Source: an uncultured Candidatus Saccharibacteria bacterium (GTDB lineage Bacteria; Patescibacteriota; Saccharimonadia; Saccharimonadales; CAZARM01). Taken from it: DNA of 64,000 bases. The stretch lies in NCBI GenBank assembly GCA_964487615.1, contig CAZARM010000004.1, positions 1,818-65,817 of the forward strand. The letters run 5' to 3'. Made by a program: the position numbers and the translations under genes. This document shows positions 56,181 through 64,000 of the stretch, in pieces (the stretch's first letter is position 1; the number at the start of each line of letters is the position of its first letter). A model generated the notes under the pieces. It was not told the DNA's origin and did no database searches. It saw only the letters and a list, made by a program, of their open reading frames with translations.

Positions 56181-56801
56181 ATGAGTCCAGGCATACAACC
56201 CATATCACCCGAACCACCGGAAACCGGACCCGGCGATCCCCTAGAAGCCGTGACTAATCAAGGCCAGGAAAGGCCTTTTTTTGACTTGGAAATCCCTAAT
56301 GATGACACCGACCCAACTAGTGAGAGTGAGCCTGCGTTAGATCCCCATATTGTCCATGATATCGCTACCCGCAAGGAGCTCACCCATCGTACGCGAGCCG
56401 CACAATTTTGCCATTATGCACATGAAGTCTTTGCCGCACGCATTAATGCTGACCCTGGAGCAGTGGCTTCAGCTAAGGACCTAGAAGCGACATATTACGA
56501 CTTGGCTGCCTACCTCATAGCTAATCGCACCGCCAAACAGGATGTTGAAATTGTCCTGGAGTTACTAGAGGAGGAAGTAGCCCCTTTCAGGAAGATATCG
56601 CCACTGTTTATAGCTGAGGGTATTGAAAAAATGGAGTTCTTCCATCCGGATGCCAATACTGCCTGCATGATGACTAAGCTTTGGTTGGTAGATTATCTCG
56701 ATATTTCGCTGCCGTCATCGTTCGATGAGATGCGACAATATTGCATAACTCATCAAGTATCACGGCGAGTCGGTCAAAACATTCTAAGTCAACTGGAATA
56801 A
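56181..56801 (+). CDS. Hypothetical acidic protein
   Basis: 206-aa ORF, GGGGGAA SD, no motif. Confidence 0.5.
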   Translation: MSPGIQPISPEPPETGPGDPLEAVTNQGQERPFFDLEIPNDDTDPTSESEPALDPHIVHDIATRKELTHRTRAAQFCHYAHEVFAARINADPGAVASAKDLEATYYDLAAYLIANRTAKQDVEIVLELLEEEVAPFRKISPLFIAEGIEKMEFFHPDANTACMMTKLWLVDYLDISLPSSFDEMRQYCITHQVSRRVGQNILSQLE

Positions 56802-56807
56802 CAACGC

Positions 56808-57413
56808 TTGCGTGAGAGTTTAAACTTGCCGCATACTAGTTACATGTCGTTTGAGGATTACAAATCAAAAGAGTCTGTTGTAATCGTCTACACCGGCGAG
56901 GGCAAGGGGAAAACGAGCGCTGGTCTTGGTCTGATGGTCCGCGCGCTCGGCAACCGCTGGGACGTGGCCTTTATTCAGTTTATTAAGCATTGGGGCGTCG
57001 GCGAGCACGTTTTTATCCGCGACATTATGTCGGTATACGATGACCAGTTATTCTTTCACAAGGGCGGCAAGGGGTTTTATCAGGCTGGCGACCTGAGCGA
57101 GCAACATATTTCTGAAGCCCAACATAAAGCTGCAGCCCTGGAAACCTACCAAACCGCACTGGAGTGCGTTACTAGTGGCAAATACGACCTGGTCATCTGC
57201 GATGAGATCAACAACGCTGTCCACGACGGTTTGCTGAGCGAAACACAACTAAAGGATCTGCTGACCAAACGATCCCCAACCACCAGCTTGTGCCTAACCG
57301 GCCGCGACTTCCCAGAAAAACTATTGAAATACGCCGACATCGCCACCAACATGACCAAAATCAAGCACCACTTCGATGATAAGTTTCTAGCAAACAAAGG
57401 TATTGATTTCTAA
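56808..57413 (+). CDS. Cob(I)yrinic acid a,c-diamide/cob(I)alamin adenosyltransferase (CobA/BtuR type)
   Basis: YTGEGKGKTSAGLG P-loop, FIQFIK, LVICDEINNAV, LTGRDFPEKLLKYADIATNMTKIKHHFD. Confidence 0.82.
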   Translation: MRESLNLPHTSYMSFEDYKSKESVVIVYTGEGKGKTSAGLGLMVRALGNRWDVAFIQFIKHWGVGEHVFIRDIMSVYDDQLFFHKGGKGFYQAGDLSEQHISEAQHKAAALETYQTALECVTSGKYDLVICDEINNAVHDGLLSETQLKDLLTKRSPTTSLCLTGRDFPEKLLKYADIATNMTKIKHHFDDKFLANKGIDF

Positions 57414-57431
57414 TCCTCTATACTACTAGAC

Positions 57432-57941
57432 ATGCAGACGCTTTATTTGATGCTTGGCTATCCCGGTGCAGGCAAGACCACGACTGCTAGGGTTATCCAT
57501 GATCTGACAGGCGCCACACACCTGTGGGCTGATCACATTCGACGAGAGATGTTTGGGCAGCCGACGTATTCCCACCAGGAAAACTTAAAGCTTTATGAAC
57601 ATCTAAACCAAGAAGCCGCTGATTTATTGGCAGCTGGCAACAGCGTAATATTTGACACGAATTTTAACTTCTACAAAGACCGCCAGCGATTGCGGGAAAT
57701 CGCTCGAGATCATAACGCAACTACAAAACTAATCTGGGTTACAACGCCTCAAGCTATCGCTCGTCAGCGGGCAACAGACGGAGCCCACAAGCAAGATACC
57801 CGGGTCTTAGGCGACATGCCGAAAGTAACATTTGAGCGCATGAGTGCCAACCTCCAGCCACCGCGCACAGACGAGACTTACATTGAGGTGGATGGCACCA
57901 GAGTAACGAGCGATTACATCAAGCAGCTAATGAAATTATGA
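57432..57941 (+). CDS. P-loop kinase-like ATPase (AAA_33/zeta-toxin-like fold)
   Basis: LMLGYPGAGKTT Walker A, 169 aa. Confidence 0.65.
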   Translation: MQTLYLMLGYPGAGKTTTARVIHDLTGATHLWADHIRREMFGQPTYSHQENLKLYEHLNQEAADLLAAGNSVIFDTNFNFYKDRQRLREIARDHNATTKLIWVTTPQAIARQRATDGAHKQDTRVLGDMPKVTFERMSANLQPPRTDETYIEVDGTRVTSDYIKQLMKL

Positions 57942-58504
57942 CAAAGCGGCAGAAGAAACGGCTCATTAGTCTAGTTTTGGGACTGGCTCTAGCTGGGGCG
58001 ACGTATCTTCTGAATCAACACCAACCACCGGCGGCCGTTTTGGGCACGGTAGCGCCCGGCTACTACCGGGTTACCGAATTCGCTGACGGTGACACAATTT
58101 CCGTCGACATGGACGGCAAGACTGAGCGCATCCGCATGATCGGCGTCGACACCCCAGAAACGCATGATCCTCGCAAAGCTGTCCAGTGCTTTGGGCAAGC
58201 CGCCAGCGACTTCACCAAAAATTTAATTGGCACTAGCCCCGTGCGTCTAGAATCAGATGCCCTAAGCAGTAATCGTGATCGTTACGACAGATTACTGCGC
58301 TATGTCTATCTACCTGACGGGCGATTGGTAGAGGAAGAAATTATCGCCCGGGGCTACGGTTTTGCCTACATCAGTTTCCCATTTACCAAGTCCGATCATT
58401 TCAAGCAGCTGGAAACAGAAGCCCGAGCTGGGAATAAGGGGTTGTGGAGCAATTGCACGCCAACAAGCAACGACCATGGCGGCTTTACGTCCAACGATAA
58501 TTAA
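57938..58504 (+). CDS. Thermonuclease (staphylococcal nuclease homologue), membrane anchored
   Basis: GDTISVDMDGKTERIRMIGVDTPE, DRYDRLLRYVYL, ARGYGFAY. N-terminal TM. Confidence 0.88.
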   Translation: MTKRQKKRLISLVLGLALAGATYLLNQHQPPAAVLGTVAPGYYRVTEFADGDTISVDMDGKTERIRMIGVDTPETHDPRKAVQCFGQAASDFTKNLIGTSPVRLESDALSSNRDRYDRLLRYVYLPDGRLVEEEIIARGYGFAYISFPFTKSDHFKQLETEARAGNKGLWSNCTPTSNDHGGFTSNDN

Positions 58505-58522
58505 AAGTCTGCGAGTTCATGT

Positions 58523-59374
58523 TCATAAATCATCCATTGGATGCTTGCGGCTAATGTGTCCCCGCCGAAGCTGACGAAAGCTTCTGCGCCTTGTGCCCTG
58601 GTTATATGACCGCCGAACAGGCCACATCAACACGTAAAAAACCAAATAAATCACAATCGATACTTTGGGCATCGGACCGTGAAAACCGTGGCTGTAATAA
58701 GTATGGTCGTACAGAGAAATATACCGATAAAACTGCTTCAATGAATCATCGTACCGTCTAGAGGACATGCCGCCGCGCATTTCGGGGTAGTATACGCACT
58801 CATATCCGGCATTGTGTACATGGATCGCTAGGTCAGTGTCCTCGAACATATCTCGGCGAACGCATGTTTGAGCTTTAACTTCCTGCCAAATTTGCTTTCT
58901 GATAGCCATATTCGTGCCAAACAAAAAGGGAAACTGCCCATAGTGCTTGTAAATGCGCGACCGAAAGAAATGATCAACCTTAATGTTTTGTTTAGAAAAC
59001 GGTATGTCGTAATAGCATACCGGCCCAGTAATCGCCGCTTCATTGTGCGTTACAAAACGTTCCAGAACTACTTCTACCCAGGTTTTCTCGAGCTGCGTGT
59101 CGGCGTCAACGCGGCCAATGACATCACTTGTAGCTGCGTCAAAGCCTTTATTGCGCGCAAATAACACGCCTTGCCGATGTTCTGTGAGTAGTCGTACAAA
59201 AGAGTAGCTTTTAGCAATCTCGACTGTTTTGTCTGTAGAGTTATTGTCTACCACGATAACCTCACTGGGTTTGACGGTCTGGGCAGCAATACTATCCAGG
59301 CAAGCTTTAAGGTAGTCTTCCTCGTTGTAAACTGGTATAACTATGCTAAGCGTAAGCGATTTATTCAATGGCAC
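58523..59374 (-). CDS. Glycosyltransferase family 2
   Basis: LSIVIPVYNEEDYL, VVDNNSTDKT and a D-A-D motif. Confidence 0.85.
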   Translation of the reverse strand: MPLNKSLTLSIVIPVYNEEDYLKACLDSIAAQTVKPSEVIVVDNNSTDKTVEIAKSYSFVRLLTEHRQGVLFARNKGFDAATSDVIGRVDADTQLEKTWVEVVLERFVTHNEAAITGPVCYYDIPFSKQNIKVDHFFRSRIYKHYGQFPFLFGTNMAIRKQIWQEVKAQTCVRRDMFEDTDLAIHVHNAGYECVYYPEMRGGMSSRRYDDSLKQFYRYISLYDHTYYSHGFHGPMPKVSIVIYLVFYVLMWPVRRSYNQGTRRRSFRQLRRGHISRKHPMDDL

Positions 59375-60456
59375 ACACTAAGACTAACAAATATCGTCCC
59401 ATTCATCGGATAAAAAGTAAGCTTCACCCACGTCACTGGTGGCGAAAGGTGTTGATCATTATCGTGGTGCTGGTTATGTTCTGTGTGTCCAGCATGTATG
59501 GCATTGCTCGGTGGTATATGGCCAAGCACGCCAGTGAGCCGTTTAACATGGCAGCCACTTTCATCCCCGATTACGCCGAATCATTCGGCCTGGATAAGCA
59601 GCAGACTATGGACGCCATGATTAATGATCTGGGCATTAAGCACTTGCGTCTGGTCAGCTACTGGGAAAACGGCGAGGCCACCCGCGATGTTTATGATTTC
59701 TCATTCTTGGACTGGCAAATGCAAAAGGCTAGAGAAAACGGCGTCAAAGTCTCTTTAGCCATTGGTCTGCGACAACCACGATGGCCGGAGTGCCACATGC
59801 CCACCTGGGCCGCAAAACTGCCTAAAAGCCAGTGGGAGCCTCAGCTATTTGATTACATCGAGGCTGTCGTAAATCGCTATCGTAATGATCCGGCGCTGGA
59901 AAGCTGGCAGCTCGAGAATGAGTACTTCTTGAAAGTATTTGGCATTTGCCCCGACCATAGCCGTGACCGATTAGTTGATGAATTCGACCTGGTTAAAAGG
60001 CTTGATAAATCTCATCCGTTAATTGTCAGCCGTAGTAATAACGCCATCGGTTGGCCAAAGGGCGAACCCCAGCCGGATATCAGTGCCGTATCGGTATATA
60101 AGCGGGTCTGGGACAAGACCATAACAAGACGGTATTTCGAGTATCCTATCCCCGCGTGGTACTACGGCTTTCTAGCTGGTTGGAATGAGCTAGTGAACGG
60201 CAACGACACTATCATCCATGAGCTCCAGGCAGAGGCCTGGTTGCCCGATGGCTTTGAGATGCAGACTGCACCAATTTCAGAGCTAGACAAATCTTTAAGC
60301 CCGCAGCGGCTGCAAGATCGCTTCGAGTACGGACGCTCGACTGGCATGCGCACCATGACCCTCTGGGGAGTTGAATGGTGGTACTACATGAAAGAAAAGC
60401 GCAACGACCCCGACCTTTGGAACGTAGCCAAAGAAGAGATTCAGAAGTCCCAGTAG
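59368..60456 (+). CDS. Membrane-anchored clan GH-A-like glycoside hydrolase
   Basis: N-terminal TM. WQLENEY acid/base-type motif and a SYWENGE...YDFSFLDWQ pattern reminiscent of GH5/GH42 TIM barrels. Confidence 0.55.
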   Translation: MAHTKTNKYRPIHRIKSKLHPRHWWRKVLIIIVVLVMFCVSSMYGIARWYMAKHASEPFNMAATFIPDYAESFGLDKQQTMDAMINDLGIKHLRLVSYWENGEATRDVYDFSFLDWQMQKARENGVKVSLAIGLRQPRWPECHMPTWAAKLPKSQWEPQLFDYIEAVVNRYRNDPALESWQLENEYFLKVFGICPDHSRDRLVDEFDLVKRLDKSHPLIVSRSNNAIGWPKGEPQPDISAVSVYKRVWDKTITRRYFEYPIPAWYYGFLAGWNELVNGNDTIIHELQAEAWLPDGFEMQTAPISELDKSLSPQRLQDRFEYGRSTGMRTMTLWGVEWWYYMKEKRNDPDLWNVAKEEIQKSQ

Positions 60457-60457
60457 C

Positions 60458-61030
60458 TTACCTAGTCAGTAGAACGATTAACGCAATCGCAAGCACTAAA
60501 AATTCGGCAACTTTCCAGGCAGACGCATACTTCCAGATCTGGAAGGTATTCTTATGCCATTGTTTGTCACCAAAATCATCTATCAAGCGCTGGTGTTCAG
60601 CATTTGACCATACCCATAGGAGTTTTTGGGGCTGCTTTGCTCGATGCAAATCATACTGATACAAAAACTTGAAGCGTTTGTTGCTGAATGGATACAGCCA
60701 AGGGATGCCCCAACCCGTACCGACGCTATCATGCAAAAACTGCACCAGCGTGCCTGCGACGAATATTGGTACTAATGTTGGGTTAATAAATGACATCATT
60801 ATCGAACCGACTGCCAGGAAGACAAGCGGGTAATGAAACAGCTCCCGGTGGTCAGCCATTTTCCCGTCCAGCTGGCCAATACCGGTGAATTTTGATGCGT
60901 AGTAAATAAGTGCATCGGCATCGGGCAACAGCACAAAGAATATGCCGGTAAGCACGTTTGCCCACACATTGTCTCCGAACGGGGCAAACCCTAATCCAAG
61001 AAGTATCCCAACACCGACGTCAAAAGGCAT
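60458..61030 (-). CDS. YdjM-like membrane-bound metal-dependent hydrolase
   Basis: DAD...HRELFHYP...LHDSVGTGWGIPWLYPF pattern. Confidence 0.6.
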   Translation of the reverse strand: MPFDVGVGILLGLGFAPFGDNVWANVLTGIFFVLLPDADALIYYASKFTGIGQLDGKMADHRELFHYPLVFLAVGSIMMSFINPTLVPIFVAGTLVQFLHDSVGTGWGIPWLYPFSNKRFKFLYQYDLHRAKQPQKLLWVWSNAEHQRLIDDFGDKQWHKNTFQIWKYASAWKVAEFLVLAIALIVLLTR

Positions 61031-61242
61031 GCTTAAAGCATACGCCTTTTTGAAGTTTCTTCGCTACAATAGGGTGGTTATGGCTGGAACTGATATTAGT
61101 ACCCGACTTCATATGCAAAAGCGCTGGATCACGAGTGCGATTTGTTTGTTGTGGCGAGGAGGCGTACCCGAGGGTACGTTGACGAGTCAAACAAGCAAAG
61201 CGTGCCGGGAGACAAGGTTTTTGGCAGAAGGAGAGTACTGAT

Positions 61243-61707
61243 ATGAGTTCCCGGAAGAAGCAAACCCAGACCAAGCAGATTAGCAATCGTCGGGCTAGAC
61301 ATGATTACAACTTGTCTGACGGCTTGCTAGTGGGCATTTCCCTTACGGGAGCGGAGACTAAGTGCCTGCGCCGGGGACAGGGCCAGCTTCGTGGCGCCTA
61401 CGTAACGGTTAAGGACGGCGAGTTGTGGCTAGTTAACGCTACCATCTCCAGCACTCCTGGCATTACAATTTCTGAGGCCGAGCAAACCCAGAACCGCAAA
61501 CTATTAGCCAAACGCCGCGAGATCGATGATCTCATAGCCGCCAAGCAACAGGGGCAAACTATTGTTCCGCTAGAGATTCTGACTCGTGGCCGCTATATCA
61601 AACTCCGCATTGCCGCTGGCAGGGGGAAGCGCATGTACGATAAGCGTCACGCTCTGAAAAAGCGTGACGAAGAGCGTAGCATGCGCGACGCGGTGAAGCC
61701 GCGGTAA
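61243..61707 (+). CDS. smpB: SsrA-binding protein
   Basis: NRRARHDYNL, GISLTGAETKCLR, RKLLAKRREI and a basic C-terminal tail. Confidence 0.93.
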   Translation: MSSRKKQTQTKQISNRRARHDYNLSDGLLVGISLTGAETKCLRRGQGQLRGAYVTVKDGELWLVNATISSTPGITISEAEQTQNRKLLAKRREIDDLIAAKQQGQTIVPLEILTRGRYIKLRIAAGRGKRMYDKRHALKKRDEERSMRDAVKPR

Positions 61708-61786
61708 GCTCTATGATATTCGAACGATTAGTGAGAATATATGCCGAGCCCAAGAAAACCAGTCCTTGAAAAGAAAAAGTTTTCCT

Positions 61787-61864
61787 GGCATGAAGCTATA
61801 TAAGAGGCAAGCACTCAAAAAACGCGACCAAGAACGGCAGGTGAACGCTCTGAGAGATTTCTAA
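61787..61864 (+). pseudogene. Diverged duplicate of the smpB 3' end
   Basis: Translates (through a stop) to ...WHEAI*KRQALKKRDQERQVNALRDF*, compared with the SmpB tail MYDKRHALKKRDEERSMRDAV. About 70% nucleotide identity over about 40 nt by eye. Confidence 0.4.
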
Positions 61865-62002
61865 CACTCACGCTGTCCTCGCAGCTTATAATTAAGAACA
61901 ATAGCAACCATAAACGCATTACCCTATGTCTAGACCAAAGCACCACATGTTGCAGGACGGACTTGTTACGGCCTGGAAAGGCGCGGTGCGTAAGTACTAA
62001 AA

Positions 62003-63289
62003 ATGTCACTGAGCCAATACATCCTGGATTCCCGTGAGCAGTACCGACTGGAAGTGCGTCAGCGCAACCTGTGGCTGATCCAATTGCGCTGGTATTACTT
62101 ACTATTCCTGGCTGCTATTACCATGATTGCTTCGGCACTGACCAACGACAATCCCAGCCGCAACCGTCGCATAGTCCTGATAGCCGCTGGTACCGGCCTG
62201 GCGGTCAATTTGTTATTGTGGCTTCTGGCCAGAGCAAAGAGCAAGAAGATATCCTACTATCACAGCGTCGCCGTGGCTCAGTTGGTAATGGACGTCGCGC
62301 TCGCTGCTAGTGTCGTCTACCTCCAGGGGGGACTAACATCTCGGGCTACTGTATTGTTTGCCATCCCAATCGTCGGCGCTGGTTTACTATTCGCACGCAG
62401 TTTTGCTTATTCGACAGCACTGCTCAGCGCTGTTGGTTACACGCTTGTACTGGTTCTATACCGGCATAATAACCCGGGCTCATATGAGTTACGGCAAGTT
62501 ACCTTACCGGCGGTTTTTTACGGTGCAGTATTTATCCTAATAGCCGCTATTGTGTCCGGCTATCGCAGTCGCACAGCTAGCAATGAGCGCGAGAAATCGT
62601 ACGCCGAATTACTGTCCTTGCTAAGGCATCAGCTATACCATCCGTCTAGCGTTATTGCGGCCATTATCGACATGCTGGAACACACCAGTCACTATCCCAA
62701 CTGGCCTGCCGTAGACAAGAATTACCTAGAGCAGCTCAAGCACGAGAACGAGCGGTTACATACGATGATCGCCAACATGCTGGAATCGATCACCGACCAC
62801 GACCAGGAACTTAAAAACATCGAGACTATAGACATTGTGAAGCTGCTGAACGAGGAGTCGGTTAGCGCTGCGCTCGGGGCCAAACGTGTTGCTGACCTTG
62901 AGGCCCAGCTGCCCAATAAATCCATTACTATTGAGGCTGACCGCGACCAGCTCAGTACGGCACTCATGAATATCATCGGCAATGCCTTCCGTTATACCGA
63001 CCAAGGCACACCGGTAATTATTTCTGTGGCTGAAGATAAAGACATAGTAACAATATCTGTGCACGACAAAGGCAAAGGTATTAGTGAGCAGGAACAGAGA
63101 GCGTTATTTAAGATGTTTTCCAAAATGGAAAGTCGCATAAGCGGTGACCCAGAAAAACTATATGACACTGGACTCGGGCTGTACGTCAGCAAAGTGATCA
63201 TAGAACGGCACAAGGGCAAGCTGGAGCTGTCATCATCCGCCCAATATGGGACTAACGTTACCCTAACGCTGCGCAGGAGGTTCAGCTGA
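62003..63289 (+). CDS. Membrane sensor histidine kinase
   Basis: About 5 N-terminal TM, H-box LRHQLYHPSS, N-box GNAFRYT, G1 DKGKGIS, G2 TGLGLYVS. Confidence 0.85.
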   Translation: MSLSQYILDSREQYRLEVRQRNLWLIQLRWYYLLFLAAITMIASALTNDNPSRNRRIVLIAAGTGLAVNLLLWLLARAKSKKISYYHSVAVAQLVMDVALAASVVYLQGGLTSRATVLFAIPIVGAGLLFARSFAYSTALLSAVGYTLVLVLYRHNNPGSYELRQVTLPAVFYGAVFILIAAIVSGYRSRTASNEREKSYAELLSLLRHQLYHPSSVIAAIIDMLEHTSHYPNWPAVDKNYLEQLKHENERLHTMIANMLESITDHDQELKNIETIDIVKLLNEESVSAALGAKRVADLEAQLPNKSITIEADRDQLSTALMNIIGNAFRYTDQGTPVIISVAEDKDIVTISVHDKGKGISEQEQRALFKMFSKMESRISGDPEKLYDTGLGLYVSKVIIERHKGKLELSSSAQYGTNVTLTLRRRFS

Positions 63290-63338
63290 TAGTTCAGAGT
63301 TCTAGTTGATGTAATATATAACCAGAGAGGATCGCTAA

Positions 63339-63728
63339 ATGAGCACCAAAACCCGCATACTCTACGTCGAAGATTACCCAGTCATTCAAATTATGTACAC
63401 TGCCGCCTTGAAAGCCAAAGGCTTCGAGGTGGACAGTGTTAATGACGGCAAGATAGCACTTGAAAAGTTAGTCGACCAATCCTATGATTTGATATTACTG
63501 GACCTACTACTACCGCATGTCACGGGTGTTGAGTTCCTTCGGGAGTTCACCAAGACACATAGCCCCAAGACCGTCGTGGTACTGACCGACTTTGACAAAC
63601 CAGAGACCGTCAAGGAAGTGAAGGATCTGGGGGTCACCCATTACTGGATTAAGGTAGAGAATACTCCCCACGTGCTAGCTGACCGGGTTGAGAAATTATT
63701 GAAAGAAGAGTTCCAGAAACCGAAGTAA
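63339..63728 (+). CDS. Stand-alone receiver-domain response regulator
   Basis: VEDY...LLDLLLP...K pattern, 129 aa, no output domain. Confidence 0.85.
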   Translation: MSTKTRILYVEDYPVIQIMYTAALKAKGFEVDSVNDGKIALEKLVDQSYDLILLDLLLPHVTGVEFLREFTKTHSPKTVVVLTDFDKPETVKEVKDLGVTHYWIKVENTPHVLADRVEKLLKEEFQKPK

Positions 63729-63806
63729 TCCTACTAGGTCAACTCTTTAAAAAGTGCTATCATAACTGACAAACATTAGCGTTGTTCGTTGCAGTTCAAA
63801 AAGACC

Positions 63807-64000
63807 ATGTTGAATAATCTAAACATCAAAAAGATCGTCTACGGTGCATTTGCGTTGTTTGTCTGCCTGTATTTTCTGAGTGCATTTCTGTCGCCGGTGG
63901 ACATGGAGACGCTGGCCAAATATAACATCAGTGTTTTGCAGTTGCGTCTCATCAGCGTTAGCGTGCTACTACCGGTGGTTGGTATCTGGGTTTCGGCGGC
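63807..64000 (+). CDS. 5' part of a polytopic membrane protein (paralogue of 39567-40445), runs off the window
   Basis: ATG 63807, MLNNLNIKKIVYGAFALFVCLYFLSAFLSPVDMETLAKYNISVLQLRLIS... aligns with ...VIPPDATTLTRYDLSVTDARILS... of the other copy. Confidence 0.55.
   Translation, partial: MLNNLNIKKIVYGAFALFVCLYFLSAFLSPVDMETLAKYNISVLQLRLISVSVLLPVVGIWVSA

Noticed and set aside
61031-62002. Search for tmRNA (ssrA) beside smpB, on both strands
   Set aside because: There is no GGGG...acceptor start, no tRNA-like T arm with CCA end and no tag reading frame. Only a nested hairpin is present in the smpB leader (TTGTTTG/CAAACAA enclosing CGTACC-CGAG-GGTACG, 61143-61195), and its meaning is unclear.

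Overview
This 64-kb window looks like it comes from a small-genome, Patescibacteria/CPR-like bacterium, possibly Saccharibacteria-like. That placement is inferred from gene content: a CPR-type T4SS pilin, sparse metabolism and many 1-14 nt gene overlaps. The standard genetic code applies, because TGA ends conserved genes at their expected lengths.

Left core block (1-8.7 kb): recR, a DHH phosphoesterase, cysS, an AI-2E permease, two GT4 glycosyltransferases, two hydrolases and tRNA-Gln(UUG).

Accessory region (about 8.7 to 36.2 kb): it begins directly after the tRNA, and I read it as an integrative conjugative element. It carries a large serine recombinase and a replication-relaxation-family protein. 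It also carries a long leftward operon of small, very acidic proteins stitched together by a conserved 14-nt start/stop overlap. A Gram-positive-type type IV secretion set follows (pilin, VirB6-like, PrgI-like, split VirB4, M23 hydrolase, coupling ATPase). The region ends in a more AT-rich cargo cassette: an SF2 helicase with a nuclease-like C-terminus, a coupled HAD phosphatase, an XRE regulator and a PLD nuclease. This cassette is my best candidate for an undescribed defence-type system.

Right core block (36-64 kb): GH15 plus GT4, two sensor-kinase/receiver-only modules, Crp/Fnr, a UvrD-type helicase-nuclease, an aquaporin, a glutaredoxin, a CobA-type adenosyltransferase, a thermonuclease, GT2 and smpB. 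It also holds a complete F1Fo ATP synthase operon with two extra small ORFs wedged between atpG, atpD and atpC.

I saw no rRNA, CRISPR array, transposase or phage structural genes. All functional calls rest on motif recognition by eye, since no database or structure search was possible. The right boundary of the element is uncertain.
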